The notes under the pieces were generated by a model that had not been told where the DNA came from, made no database searches, and saw only the letters and a list, made by a program, of their open reading frames with translations. A DNA stretch of 64,000 nt, taken from Deinococcus sp. GTDB taxonomy: Bacteria; Deinococcota; Deinococci; Deinococcales; Deinococcaceae. How positions within the stretch are numbered: position 1 is the first letter of the stretch; each line of letters begins with the position of its first letter. The stretch spans positions 1,280,001-1,344,000 of the forward strand of contig OZ253375.1 in assembly GCA_965261005.1 (NCBI GenBank), in the 5' to 3' direction. The position numbers and the translations under genes were made by a program. Shown one piece after another: positions 52,282 through 63,148 of this stretch.

Positions 52282-53493
52282 ATGCGCGCCGAACTGCAAC
52301 GCCTTCAGGAGCAGCTGCAACCCACCGACCTGGATGGCTGGCTGATCTACGACTTTCAGGGCCTCAACAAGCTGGCCGCCCAATTGCTCGGCTTGCCCCA
52401 GGGCGCCCACCTGACCCGGCGCTTCTTCGTGTGGGTGCCGCGCGAGGGAGCGGCCACCGTACTGCACCACCGCATCGAAGCGGGCGCCTGGGCCAGCTTG
52501 ACGGCGAACAGCGGCGCCCGCCTGCTTCCCTACGGCGCCCACGCGGAACTGGACGCCAATCTGCGCGAGCTGCTGGGCGGCGCGGGCAAGGTCGCGATGG
52601 AGTACAGCCCGCGCGCCGAGGTCCCCTACGTCTCCTTCGTGGACGCCGGCACGCTGGCGCGGGTGCGCGAAACCGGGGCCGAGGTCGTCAGCAGCGCCGA
52701 CCTGCTGCAAGCCTTGTTAAGCTGGAGCGCGGACGACCTGGCCGCCCACCGCCGCGCCGCGCAGGTTCTAACGCGCGCCAGGGACGCCGGCTTTCAGCTG
52801 ATCCACGAGCGGCTGCGGGCGGGCCGGAGCGTGACCGAGCTGGAGGTGCAGCGGGCCGTGATGGACGAGGTCACGGCGGGCGGCCTGACCGCTGACCATC
52901 CGGCCATCGTGGGCTTCGGCAGGAATGCCGCCGACCCGCACTATTCACCCGACGAGGGGCACAACGCGACGCTGCGGGGCGGCCAGTGCGTGCTGATCGA
53001 CTTGTGGGGCCAGGAAGCGGGCCGTCCCCACGCCGACGTGACCTGGATGGGCTTCGCGGGCGAGGCGAGCGCCGAGTTCCTGGACGCTTGGAACGCCGTG
53101 GCGGCGGCGCGCGACTTGGCGCTGGACACGCTGAGAAGCGGCTGGCCCGACCTTCAGGGCTGGCAGGTGGACCGCGCCGCCCGCGACCTGCTGACAGGGC
53201 GCGGCTACGGCGAGTTCTTCACCCACCGCCTGGGGCACAATTTGGGCGCGCAGCTGCACGGCCCCGGCGCCAACCTGGACGACTTCGAGACCCACGACAC
53301 CCGCCGGCTCACCCCCGGTTTGGCCGTCACGGTGGAGCCGGGGGTCTACCCAGTGGGGCGCGGCTACGGGATTCGCAGCGAGGTGAACGTCTTTTTGGGG
53401 GAGGCCGGGCCGGAGGTGACAACGCCGGTCCAGCGCGCGCCCCTCGTGCTGGGCGTGGGGGAATGGGAGGCGGTGCGGGCGGCGGCCCTTTAA
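52282..53493 (+). CDS. M24 family (Xaa-Pro) metallopeptidase
   Basis: PHY, LIDLW, ADVT, HRLGH, VEPGVY, GIRSE. Confidence 0.88.
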   Translation: MRAELQRLQEQLQPTDLDGWLIYDFQGLNKLAAQLLGLPQGAHLTRRFFVWVPREGAATVLHHRIEAGAWASLTANSGARLLPYGAHAELDANLRELLGGAGKVAMEYSPRAEVPYVSFVDAGTLARVRETGAEVVSSADLLQALLSWSADDLAAHRRAAQVLTRARDAGFQLIHERLRAGRSVTELEVQRAVMDEVTAGGLTADHPAIVGFGRNAADPHYSPDEGHNATLRGGQCVLIDLWGQEAGRPHADVTWMGFAGEASAEFLDAWNAVAAARDLALDTLRSGWPDLQGWQVDRAARDLLTGRGYGEFFTHRLGHNLGAQLHGPGANLDDFETHDTRRLTPGLAVTVEPGVYPVGRGYGIRSEVNVFLGEAGPEVTTPVQRAPLVLGVGEWEAVRAAAL

Positions 53494-53504
53494 AGCATTT
53501 GTCA

Positions 53505-53533
53505 GAAGTATTGAGTGCTCTTCTCAATACTTC
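53505..53533. repeat. perfect 11-bp inverted repeat GAAGTATTGAG-N7-CTCAATACTTC
   Basis: Read directly; lies between convergent genes. Confidence 0.7.
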
Positions 53534-53662
53534 CCGAGTGGAACGAGCAGCAACAGGAGGGCATTTGGCAATGGCATGGAGCGGCGGAGGCGGGCAGGCC
53601 CGGTAGGTGCCGTTCTGCCCAAGACGCGAAGCCGGAGGCGCGCAATAGAATTGACAAATGCT

Positions 53663-54883
53663 CTACGCCCCGTACTTCTGCAATTTCAGGGCGTTGGCCA
53701 TCAGGAGCGGCATCACGTCGGTCCCCTTCCGAAAGCCCAGCGACCCTCTTTGAGCCTCCTCCTCGGTGAAGCGGGTGGCCGCGTCCTTGCGGCCCCAGTT
53801 GCCGTGAATCAGCAACGGCACCGGGTGCCACGAGTGGGTCAGCAGCTTGCTGGGGGTGCTGTGGTCGCCGGCCAGGCCGAGCACGTCCGGCTTCAAGTCC
53901 AGAATCTGCGGCAGCAGGGCGTCAAAGTCCTCGATCTTGTGAACCTTCTCGTCGAAGTGGCCGTCCTCGCCGGTCGAGTCGGTCTTCTTGAAGTGGACGA
54001 AGAAGAAGTCGTAGGCGTCCCAATGGGCGCGCAGCACGTCCAGCTTTTCCTGAGGAGCGTCCCCCTCGCCGGGCACCTCCAACACGTCCATGCCGACCAG
54101 CGCGGCCAGGCCCTTGTACATGGGATACGAGGCGATGCAGGCGGCCCGCAGCTGATAGGCGTCGTCGAAGCTCGGAAAGTGCGGCACGCCCGAATAGCCG
54201 CGAAACAGCACGCCGTTGATCTGCGTTTCTTCCTTCAGCGTTTCCTGGGCGCGGCGGACGAACTGGTTCACCAATTTGGCCGTGCGCTCGCTTCCGGCGT
54301 CTAGGGCCTTGGCCTCCAAGGGTGGCACGCCGGTCTGCTGCGGGTCCACGTCGCTGACCTCCGCGCCCAGGGCCTCGCCGGGATTGCGAAAGACCACCAC
54401 GAAGCGGTGCTCGCTCTCGGTGTAGATCTCCACTTTCACGCCGTCCAGCTCGGGCATCGCCCCGCGCAGCTTGGCGACCACCCGCGCGTTCTCCTCGTCG
54501 CTAGGACGGCCCGCGCGGCGGTCGAGGATGTTGCCCTGCGCGTCCAGCGTGGCGAAGTTGCCGCGCACCGCCACGTCGCCGGCGCCCAGCTTGACCCCGA
54601 TGCCGACGGCGCTCAGGGCGCCGCGCCCGACGGTGTACTTGATGGGGTCGTAGCCGAACAGGCTCAGGTGGCCGGGGCCGCTGCCGGGGGTGATGCCGGC
54701 ACCCACCAACTCGATCAGGCCCAGCTGCGACTGACGGGCCAGCGCGTCCAGGTTGGGCGTCCTCGCGGTCGCCAGCTCGGTGTCGCCGCCGGGGGTCATG
54801 GGCAGACCGCCCACCCCGTCGAGCACCACCAGCACGATTTTCTGTTCGTTCTTTTTCGCCAACTCGCGGATCACGTCAAGCAT
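53663..54883 (-). CDS. apgM: 2,3-BPG-independent phosphoglycerate mutase (ApgM type)
   Basis: [43 protein letters not shown]. Confidence 0.9.
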   Translation of the reverse strand: MLDVIRELAKKNEQKIVLVVLDGVGGLPMTPGGDTELATARTPNLDALARQSQLGLIELVGAGITPGSGPGHLSLFGYDPIKYTVGRGALSAVGIGVKLGAGDVAVRGNFATLDAQGNILDRRAGRPSDEENARVVAKLRGAMPELDGVKVEIYTESEHRFVVVFRNPGEALGAEVSDVDPQQTGVPPLEAKALDAGSERTAKLVNQFVRRAQETLKEETQINGVLFRGYSGVPHFPSFDDAYQLRAACIASYPMYKGLAALVGMDVLEVPGEGDAPQEKLDVLRAHWDAYDFFFVHFKKTDSTGEDGHFDEKVHKIEDFDALLPQILDLKPDVLGLAGDHSTPSKLLTHSWHPVPLLIHGNWGRKDAATRFTEEEAQRGSLGFRKGTDVMPLLMANALKLQKYGA

Positions 54884-54892
54884 GCGCCCACT

Positions 54893-55662
<770 letters not shown>

Positions 55663-55663
<1 letters not shown>

Positions 55664-56322
55664 CAGGGCGCTCCTCCGGGCAACACTTCCCCGGCCGGCC
55701 CGAGGCGCGGGTACGGCTCGCCGCGCTCCCGGTACAGGGGGGCCAGGTCAGGATAGGCCCACTCGAACAGGAGACGCTCAAACTCGGCCCCCGGCAGGCG
55801 GGATTCCTCGTACAGACCCGCCGCGAGGCGCTGGCGCTGCGCCTCGAACAGGATGGTGGCGGCGGCCACCGAGACGTTGAGGCTCTGCACCATGCCCAAC
55901 ATGGGAATCACGACGTTGTGGTCGCTGAGGTGGGCCGCTTCCTGGGACACGCCCCACTTCTCGGCGCCCAAGAGAACACAGGTGGGCCTCGTGTAGTCGA
56001 GGTCGCGGTAGTCCAGCGCCCGTTCCGACAGGTGGGTCGCCAGCACCTGAACGCCGCGCTCTTGGAGATGGTGAATGGCCCCGGTCACGCCGTCATGCAC
56101 CCTGAGACCCACCCACTTTTCGGCGCTGCCCGAGGTGGCGCTGTAGGTGGGCAGCCCGCCGCGCGGCGCGACCGCGTGCGCCTCCAGGACGCCCACCGCG
56201 TCGCACGAGCGCAGAATAGCGCTGAAGTTGTGCGGCTTGTGAACCGCCTCCATCAGGACCGTGAGGTCGGGCTGGCGGCGGGCCAGCACCTGAGAAAGCT
56301 TGTGAAAACGTTCGGGCGTCAG
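55663..56322 (-). CDS. trmH: tRNA (guanosine-18 2'-O)-methyltransferase TrmH
   Basis: [45 protein letters not shown]; probable start is CTG 56322 (see findings). Confidence 0.9.
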
Positions 56323-57464
56323 CGCATGCCCCGCACCAGGTTCAGCATGGCCTCGCCATACTTGCGGGTCCGCTCCGGCCCCATGCCGCGCACCGCGCGC
56401 AGTTCTTCGGGGCTTTGCGGCGCCTCGCGCGCGATCTCGGCCAAGGTGGCGTTGGACGCGATGATAAAGCGCGACACCTCTTGGCGCCTCGCCTCGGCGT
56501 TGCGCCACTCGCGCAGCCGCTCGTAGGCGGCGCGCTGGTCCTCGGACAAGTTCTCGGCGGGGTCGGCGCCCACGTCCCCCGCGGGGGTGGGGGGCAAGTC
56601 GGGCGTCAGCGGCAATTCCGGCTCGGGTTCGGGTGCGGGTGGCTCGATTGGCTCGGCGGAAACGCTCTGGTCTTGGCGCTCCTCCACGTTCGCAACTCCA
56701 CTTGCCGCCTCACCGCCCAGATCACGCCACAAGTCCTCGACGCTCTCCAAACCGGCCGACAGCAGGGCGCCGCCCGCCACCGCCCGCCGCGCGGCGACCA
56801 CGCCGCCCAGCGGCGCGGCAGCGTCGAACAGCGCGCCCGGCTCACCCTTGAAGAGAAACACGCTGCCAGACACGGCCTCGGCGCGCTCCCCCAGCCGCTC
56901 CAGCAGCGTCTGGGCCTGGCGGGTCTGACGCGACAGGCGGGCGCTCAGCGTGGGCAAATCGCGCAGCAGCAGGGCGCGCGCCAAGCTGCCCAGCGTTTCC
57001 GGCATGTCCGGCGCCTCGCCCGTGCCCAAGAGGGCCGCAAAGGCGACGTCACCGTGGCCCCCCAGCGCGCCCGCGCCCGTGTAGGTCACCCAGCGCGCGC
57101 CGCCCGCCAAGTGACCGCCGCCGGGGCAAAAGGTCGCGTCGGCGATCACCTGGGCGTCCGCCTTGCGGGCGCGCTTGACCGCGCGCTCGTCGGGTTCGGG
57201 CAGCCAGACCAGCGAGTCGCGCCAATCGGCCTCGAAGGAGGCGACCTCGAAGCCGGCCGCCCGCGCCGCGTCCTCCACCGGCAGCCGCGGGTCGGGGCGC
57301 AGGGGGGCGCCCTGGGCAAGCTTGAACAGCGCGCTCAGCAGATCGGCTTCCCCGGCGAACAGCAGCGCCCAGTCGGCGCCCTCCAAAGCTGAGAGCAATG
57401 CGCCCAAATCCGCGCCCGGCCCGAGGGCTGCCCGCGCCAGGCGCGTTTCCAGTGCTTGATCCAT
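56319..57464 (-). CDS. degenerate Cys/Met-metabolism PLP-enzyme domain fused to a C-terminal HRDC domain
   Basis: ADATFCP...GALGGHGDV...[15 protein letters not shown], then [32 protein letters not shown]...[19 protein letters not shown]. Confidence 0.8.
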   Translation of the reverse strand: MDQALETRLARAALGPGADLGALLSALEGADWALLFAGEADLLSALFKLAQGAPLRPDPRLPVEDAARAAGFEVASFEADWRDSLVWLPEPDERAVKRARKADAQVIADATFCPGGGHLAGGARWVTYTGAGALGGHGDVAFAALLGTGEAPDMPETLGSLARALLLRDLPTLSARLSRQTRQAQTLLERLGERAEAVSGSVFLFKGEPGALFDAAAPLGGVVAARRAVAGGALLSAGLESVEDLWRDLGGEAASGVANVEERQDQSVSAEPIEPPAPEPEPELPLTPDLPPTPAGDVGADPAENLSEDQRAAYERLREWRNAEARRQEVSRFIIASNATLAEIAREAPQSPEELRAVRGMGPERTRKYGEAMLNLVRGMR

Positions 57465-57495
57465 AGATTCTCCTTTTAATAACCAACAAGCTGTT

Positions 57496-58314
57496 TTATT
57501 TTCCGAAACGGCGCTGACGCCTTTGAAAGTCCCGCAGGGCGCGCAAAAAGTCCACCTTGCGAAAGCCCGGCCAGTACACGTCGCAGAAGTAATACTCGCT
57601 GTAGGCCGACTGCCACAGCAAAAAGCCCGACAAGCGAATCTCGCCCGAGGTGCGCACGATGAAGTCGGGGTCGGGCACGCCGGCAGTGTAGAGGTAGGCG
57701 CCGATGTCCTCCACGCTCAGCTCCTCTTCGACCTGGGCCAGTTCCTCGCCGGCCTCGGCCTTGGCGCGCAGCAAGCGGCGCACGGCGTCCACGATCTCCT
57801 CGCGCCCGCCGTAGCCGACCGCGATGTTGAGCAGCATGCCGTCGTAGTGCGCGGTCGCCTTTTCCAAGTCGCGCAAGGCGTCGAGAACCTGCGCCGGAAA
57901 GCCGCCGTGCTGCCCGATGGCGCGCACCCGCACCTTGTTGGCGTGAATGCGCTTGTCGCGCGCCAAGTTGCGCGCCTCGCGGTCGAGCAGCCGCATGATG
58001 TGGCCGACTTCCTCGGGGTCGCGGTTTGCGTTGTCGGTGGACAGCACCCAGATGGTGATGTGCGGAATCCCCAGCTCCAAACACCACTGCAAGACCTCGT
58101 GCGCCTTGTCAGCCCCGAACTCGTGGCCGAGGCTGCGGTCCACGCCCAGGGCGCGCGCAAAACGGCGGTTGCCGTCCAGGATCAGACCGAGGTGCTGCGG
58201 CAACTTGCCGCCCTCCCGCACGCCGCGCTCCAGGCGCTGCTCGTACCACCAGTACAGCGGTTTGAGGGCGGCCCTGGATACACGCAAAAAGGCAGGAAGA
58301 CGGGACGCGCTCAC
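57496..58314 (-). CDS. cis-isoprenyl transferase (UppS family)
   Basis: HLGLILDGNRR, STDN, YGGREEI, DPDFIVRTSGEIRLSGFLLWQ; TACACT 7 nt before GTG 58314. Confidence 0.9.
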   Translation of the reverse strand: MSASRLPAFLRVSRAALKPLYWWYEQRLERGVREGGKLPQHLGLILDGNRRFARALGVDRSLGHEFGADKAHEVLQWCLELGIPHITIWVLSTDNANRDPEEVGHIMRLLDREARNLARDKRIHANKVRVRAIGQHGGFPAQVLDALRDLEKATAHYDGMLLNIAVGYGGREEIVDAVRRLLRAKAEAGEELAQVEEELSVEDIGAYLYTAGVPDPDFIVRTSGEIRLSGFLLWQSAYSEYYFCDVYWPGFRKVDFLRALRDFQRRQRRFGK

Positions 58315-58339
58315 AGGGATCAGTGTAGCGCCCCTGAAT

Positions 58340-58798
58340 TTATCGGCGCGCCGCCAAGTTCGCTTCACCCGGCACGCCGTAGGCCGGGTTGCGGCGCCCG
58401 CCCCGGAAGATCGCCAGCGTCACGTACTCGATCTCGCCGTCGCTCTTTTCGCGCAGGTGTTCGGGGTCGGTCGGGCGCGCGCCGCGCGAGTACTTGACCG
58501 CTTGCGGCAAGCGCAGCTTTTTGGTGTCCACGGCGGCCAATTCACGGCGCTTCCACACCGCGCCGCGGCAATAGACCACCTCCTCGCCGTCCTCGCCGCG
58601 AAACTTGCGCCCGCCCAGCAGGGACCAATCGAAGTCGGCCTCGTTTTCCAGCGGAAACTGAAAGCCCCCCGGCGGCACGTCGCCCGAGTACCAGCCGAGA
58701 CGGCCGTAGCGGCGCTGCACGTTTAACAGTTCCTCGGGACCGTTTACGTCCACGGTCACTTTGGCGCCCAAGTCGGTCGTAAATGCAATCTGTAACAT
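58340..58798 (-). CDS. ddrB: single-stranded DNA-binding/annealing protein DdrB
   Basis: MLQIAFTTDLGAKVTV...YGRLGW...FPLENEADFDWSL...KYSRGA...IEYVTLAIFRGG closely resembles Deinococcus DdrB; SD AAGGAG; RDRM upstream. Confidence 0.92.
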   Translation of the reverse strand: MLQIAFTTDLGAKVTVDVNGPEELLNVQRRYGRLGWYSGDVPPGGFQFPLENEADFDWSLLGGRKFRGEDGEEVVYCRGAVWKRRELAAVDTKKLRLPQAVKYSRGARPTDPEHLREKSDGEIEYVTLAIFRGGRRNPAYGVPGEANLAARR

Positions 58799-58809
58799 CA
58801 TGCGCTCCT

Positions 58810-58826
58810 TTACGTTTATAGCGTAA
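58810..58826. promoter_or_regulatory. radiation/desiccation response motif (RDRM, DdrO operator)
   Basis: 17-bp palindrome TTACGTTTATAGCGTAA immediately upstream of the ddrB SD. Confidence 0.88.
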
Positions 58827-58871
58827 CACGCTCGGCGTTGGGCGTGGGCGCATCCACGCGGTACAGGCAAC

Positions 58872-59450
58872 TCAGCTTCGCTTGCCGCCGCGCAGTGACA
58901 GCGCCCCCACCAGAATCATAAGACCGATGGGCAGCCCGACCACCAGCCACCACAAACCGCCACCACCCGTCCCACCCGTCTGGGTGGTGGGCAGCAGCGC
59001 CGAGAAGTTGGCGGGAACGCCGGGCCGCAGAGGCCGCGCGCTCGCCGCCACCGCCCGCTCCCCCGGAAAGGTGGTATCCACCAGCGCGAGGGCGTAGCGG
59101 CCGGCGGGCACAGGTGGCAGGGCGCCTGCGTAGCCGCCGCCCGTCTGGGTCAGCGCCGCGCTCGCCAGCGGCGCGCCCGCCACATCGCTGACGAGCGCGG
59201 CCGACCAAGAACCACTTTTTAGGCGGCCTTGCCAAGTCGGGTCGAGGGGATAGGTCCGCAGCTCGACGCGGGCGCCGCGAACGCGCAGGTGGCTGATTTC
59301 GCCGGTGAGCTGCGCGGCCACCGTCCAGCCGCCAGGGGCGGGCCGCAACTCCACCTCGGCCCGCACCGCCTCCGAGTGGGCGCGGGCGACCGAGCCGCAA
59401 GCGAGCAGCAGGGCCAGCAGCCAAGCGAGAACCCTTACCTGCGTCCGCAC
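58872..59450 (-). CDS. exported, C-terminally membrane-anchored hypothetical protein (YtkA/FixH-like fold possible)
   Basis: Signal peptide ending ARA-H; C-terminal TM helix; overlaps the polyferredoxin stop. Confidence 0.6.
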   Translation of the reverse strand: MRTQVRVLAWLLALLLACGSVARAHSEAVRAEVELRPAPGGWTVAAQLTGEISHLRVRGARVELRTYPLDPTWQGRLKSGSWSAALVSDVAGAPLASAALTQTGGGYAGALPPVPAGRYALALVDTTFPGERAVAASARPLRPGVPANFSALLPTTQTGGTGGGGLWWLVVGLPIGLMILVGALSLRGGKRS

Positions 59451-60877
59451 ACCGCCCCACTTTGGCAAATCGGCGCGTCCAGCAAGCTGCCGCGCGCTTG
59501 CATGGGCTGGGCGAAGATCCAGAGCGTGAGCGACGCGAACAGCACACACAGCAGCGTCGCGGGCACGGCCCGCGTGGCCCGACCTTGCGCCCGCGCCCGC
59601 CGCCACGCCGCGTAGGCGCCCGCGCCCAGCGCTAAGTAAGTCAGGGCCACCTGAAACGGAAAGGCGGCGTCGAGACGCAGCACGGCGTACGGCTCGGGCG
59701 GGTGAATGGGCAACTTCAGCCGCGCGAGGGCGCCGAGGGCCACCGGCCAAAAGGTGCCGGCGCCGATCAGAAAGTGGTAGAGGGCGTGCCCGCCCCAGAT
59801 GGCGACGGCCAACGGCGCCAGAATGACGGCCCACTCACGCAGCGTGCCCCCGGCCGCGCGGGCCACCAGGACGGTCAGGCCCACCCCACCCAGCAGCCAG
59901 CCGCCCTGAATCAGCAGCAGCAGCAAGACCTCATTGCGGGTGTACAGCAGGTTCGATAAGTTGGCCGCCAAGTGGCCGTAGGCCGGCACCATCGCGTAAG
60001 CGTTCAGCAGCCCACCCCAAGCCAGGACTGTCAGCAGCAGGGCGGCGTCGAACCTGGGCCGCGCCGTCTCGGCCTCGTAGGTAGGCGCGCGCACGGCGAG
60101 GGCCACATTGTCGTGGGGACAGGCGCGCAGGCAGTTGAGGCAGAGGGTGCAGTCCTGGGCGCTGCGCATGGCCGGCACGAACAACCGGGTTTCGCAGCCG
60201 GGCAGGGTGGCGGGACCGCTCAGCAGGGGCGAACTCAGCAGGGGCAAACCGGGCAGCCCTTCAAAGGTGGACTCGGCGGCCCGGCCGTTCAGACACGCCT
60301 TGCTTTCGCAGCTGCGGCACACGCCGGGGTCGCGCGCCGTGATCTGGGTCGGCGCGGCGCGCGACAGGGCGAAGTGGAAGTTGCCCAGCGGGCAGACGTA
60401 CTTGCAAAAGGTGCCCGCCGGAAACAAGCTGTCGGTCAGCAGGGCGGCGCCGAAATAGCCCACGACCAGCCAAGCGGTCAGCCACGGGCTGGCCCACAAG
60501 TCGAAGGCCTCGTAGCTGAACAGAAACATGACGGTCAGGCCGAGGGTCAGCCACTTGCCGCGCAGCGCCCTGGGCCAGCTCAAGGTCGGCAAAACCCGCC
60601 CCAGCAGCTTGCTGGGGCCGCGCGTCAGCATGATGGGGCAGGCCGCGCAGAACAGGTTGCCGAGGAGGGCCAGCGCCAGCACCGCCAGGGCGCGGTACTG
60701 CACCCAGACCGTGACGGTCGCGGTGTTGATGGAGGCGATCTGGCGACCAGTCAGGCCGTCGTAGACGCTCAGGGCCGCCAGCAGCAGCAGCGGCAGTTGC
60801 AAGACAAAGCGGCTGTAGCGCCAGCGCAAAAAGGAACCCAGCAGCGGCAGGCGCAACACGTCGGGGGTGGGCGTCAC
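59435..60877 (-). CDS. membrane polyferredoxin (4Fe-4S; FesM/NapH/CcoG-like)
   Basis: FCAACP, FCKYVCPLG, CRSCESKAC, CTLCLNCLRACP; many TM helices. Confidence 0.8.
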   Translation of the reverse strand: MTPTPDVLRLPLLGSFLRWRYSRFVLQLPLLLLAALSVYDGLTGRQIASINTATVTVWVQYRALAVLALALLGNLFCAACPIMLTRGPSKLLGRVLPTLSWPRALRGKWLTLGLTVMFLFSYEAFDLWASPWLTAWLVVGYFGAALLTDSLFPAGTFCKYVCPLGNFHFALSRAAPTQITARDPGVCRSCESKACLNGRAAESTFEGLPGLPLLSSPLLSGPATLPGCETRLFVPAMRSAQDCTLCLNCLRACPHDNVALAVRAPTYEAETARPRFDAALLLTVLAWGGLLNAYAMVPAYGHLAANLSNLLYTRNEVLLLLLIQGGWLLGGVGLTVLVARAAGGTLREWAVILAPLAVAIWGGHALYHFLIGAGTFWPVALGALARLKLPIHPPEPYAVLRLDAAFPFQVALTYLALGAGAYAAWRRARAQGRATRAVPATLLCVLFASLTLWIFAQPMQARGSLLDAPICQSGAVCGRR

Positions 60878-60890
60878 AACCCGCCCACCT

Positions 60891-61274
60891 TCACTGGCCC
60901 CGCACGGTCACGGGCAGGTCGGCCGAGCGCACCTTGCCGTCCTGGCTCGCTTGCACGGTCAGCACCCAGTCGCCGGCCATGTTGAGATCGAAGTCCCGCA
61001 CCCGGTAGCCGCCGCCGCCCAGCGAGGTCGCGTCCGCGCGCACCGGCGCCATGCCGGGGTGGGTCATGTTGCCCTCCAGGCGTACCTTCGCCCCGCTCAG
61101 GGGTTGCCCGCCCTCGCTGAGCCGCAAGGTCAGGTCGGCCGGACCCACCTGAAGCGGGGTCGGCGTGGCGCTCAGCGTCACGTTCAGGTCGCTCTCGGCC
61201 GTGGGGGGGCGGCAGGCCCCCAGCAGCAGGACGAGCGCGGCTCCCCCAAGCAGACGAAGGTGGCTGTGTCGCAT
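60891..61274 (-). CDS. FixH/YtkA-family lipoprotein
   Basis: Lipobox LLGAC; GNMTHPGM...G.Y...MAGDW motif. Confidence 0.78.
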   Translation of the reverse strand: MRHSHLRLLGGAALVLLLGACRPPTAESDLNVTLSATPTPLQVGPADLTLRLSEGGQPLSGAKVRLEGNMTHPGMAPVRADATSLGGGGYRVRDFDLNMAGDWVLTVQASQDGKVRSADLPVTVRGQ

Positions 61275-61356
61275 GTGTTCACGTCCTTCTCGACTGGCGG
61301 GCGGCGGTGGACTCAGGTTTATCCTAGCCCAAGCCGGGCGCGCTACCCTGAGCGGA

Positions 61357-62022
61357 ATGTCCCGCCCCCTTTTGCGCGCGCGCTTGCTGCTGGCCGCCTT
61401 GTGGAGCGGCTTCGCGTTGGCGCACGGACAAACGGTGTCGCAGTTGGGTGGGCGGACGCTGTGCCTGGACGCCAGCTCGGTGCAGGTCAGGCTCGAGGGG
61501 GTGACGGCGCCCCAGCACGGGGGCGCACAGTCCCAACTGGAGCGCGCCCTGCGGCGGGCGCTGCTGAACGGCCTGAGCGCCTCGGGGGTGCGCCACGAGG
61601 TCCGGGCGTCGTGCCGGGGCAGCGCGGCCTTCGCGCGCCTTTCGGCCGAGGTGCGCTACCTCGATCCGCAGCACTACCTCGGCTACGGCGATTCCGCCTA
61701 CAGCTACGGGGTCGGTATCTGGGTCGGCGCTTGGGAGGGGCCGGCACAAACGCGCGGCGCGGCCGATTTGTTCAACGCCTTTTGGAGCGACATTCACGCC
61801 GAGTCGCCCGCGAAAGGTCCCTTCGAGCCGGTGGTGGCCGCTTGGGGCGAGGAACAGGTGCGTGACCTCGCGGTCGCTTGGCACGCGGACAACAAGCCGC
61901 TGCTGGAACGGCTAAGCGAGGCGCCGCCCCTGTGGCTGGGTGTGGTGGGCGCCTTGATCGGCGTCACCTTGGCGCTGAGCGGGCTGGCCGTCTTTCGCGG
62001 CCTGCGCGGGCAGGCTTTTTAA
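61357..62022 (+). CDS. exported membrane-anchored hypothetical protein
   Basis: Signal peptide ending ALA-H; C-terminal TM; TACCCT 7 nt before ATG 61357. Confidence 0.65.
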   Translation: MSRPLLRARLLLAALWSGFALAHGQTVSQLGGRTLCLDASSVQVRLEGVTAPQHGGAQSQLERALRRALLNGLSASGVRHEVRASCRGSAAFARLSAEVRYLDPQHYLGYGDSAYSYGVGIWVGAWEGPAQTRGAADLFNAFWSDIHAESPAKGPFEPVVAAWGEEQVRDLAVAWHADNKPLLERLSEAPPLWLGVVGALIGVTLALSGLAVFRGLRGQAF

Positions 62023-62051
62023 ATCGGACGCTCTGTGAATCGTTTTGCGAA

Positions 62052-62693
62052 TCACTCGCGCAGCACCCGGCGCAAGTCGACTTCCACCTTGGGCAGGTCG
62101 GGCAGCTGCGCGCTGTCCCACACCAAGCGGCGCCGCCCCGAGCGGTCAACCAGGATAACGGCCGAGGTGTGGTCCACGTTGTAATCGCTCACGGAGCGCA
62201 CGGCCGTCTTGGTGTACCACACGGCGTAGTCGGCGGCCACCTTTTTTAAACCGGGTTCGGGCACGTTCACGCCGGTGACGCCGGGGCCAAAGAAGCGCAC
62301 GTAGTCGCGCAGCTTGGCGGGCGTGTCGCGCGCCGGGTCCACGCTGACCAGCACGATCTGGAAATTCTCCCGCTCGCGCGCCGGCAGGGCCTGACGCGCC
62401 CGCTCCAGGTAGGTCAGCGTGAGCGGGCAGACGTTGGGGCAGTGGGTGAAGCCGAAGAACAGCGCCACCGTTTTGCCGCGCAGCGAGGCCAGCGCAAAGG
62501 GGCGCCCATCCTGATCGGTGCCGCTCAGGGCCGGGGCGGCGGGGCGCGCGTCGTAGGTGGTGCCGTAGGGCGTGTAGGGCGTGAGGAAACGCCCTGCCAG
62601 CAGCGCCAGCCCCAGCGCGGCGGCCAGCGCCAAGAGGGCCAGCGTGAGCCGCTCGGGCCAGCCCCAGCGCCGGCACGCGACACGCCGTATCAC
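62052..62693 (-). CDS. SCO1/SenC copper chaperone
   Basis: FFGFTHCPNVCP (CxxxC), VSVDPARDT, VDHTS. Confidence 0.92.
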   Translation of the reverse strand: MIRRVACRRWGWPERLTLALLALAAALGLALLAGRFLTPYTPYGTTYDARPAAPALSGTDQDGRPFALASLRGKTVALFFGFTHCPNVCPLTLTYLERARQALPARERENFQIVLVSVDPARDTPAKLRDYVRFFGPGVTGVNVPEPGLKKVAADYAVWYTKTAVRSVSDYNVDHTSAVILVDRSGRRRLVWDSAQLPDLPKVEVDLRRVLRE

Positions 62694-63148
62694 AGACGCT
62701 TCACCGGCAGCTTGAGCGTCATGGCGCCGCCCGGCTCGAAGTTGAGCGTCAGCGTGACGGTCTCCCCCGCCTGTGGGGTGCGCTTCAGGCCGTAGAGCAT
62801 CAGGTGGTCGCCGCCCGGCTCCAGGACCAGTTTGCCGTGAGCCGGCACGGTCATGGACTTCACGTCGCGCATGCCGGTCATGTTCATGCTCGCCATGCCC
62901 TTCATGCCCGGCATCCCGCCCCCCACGGTCACGTTCTTCATGGGCGTGACCCGCTCAGCCAGGGGCGTGCTGCCGCCCAGCAGCTTGATGGGTTTGTCCG
63001 TGGGGTTGACCAGCGTCAGGTAGGCGCCGCCCACCTCGGCACCGGGCGGGGTTGCCTCGACAAAGGCGTGTTGCACCTTGACTTGCGGCGCGGCAAGTGA
63101 GGCAGACAAGCTGGCAAAAAGCAGGATGGGCAGCAGTTTGGGCGACAT
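62690..63148 (-). CDS. PCu(A)C periplasmic copper chaperone
   Basis: GGAYLTLVN, Met-rich insert, LEPGGDHLML; SD AAGGAGG. Confidence 0.9.
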   Translation of the reverse strand: MSPKLLPILLFASLSASLAAPQVKVQHAFVEATPPGAEVGGAYLTLVNPTDKPIKLLGGSTPLAERVTPMKNVTVGGGMPGMKGMASMNMTGMRDVKSMTVPAHGKLVLEPGGDHLMLYGLKRTPQAGETVTLTLNFEPGGAMTLKLPVKRL

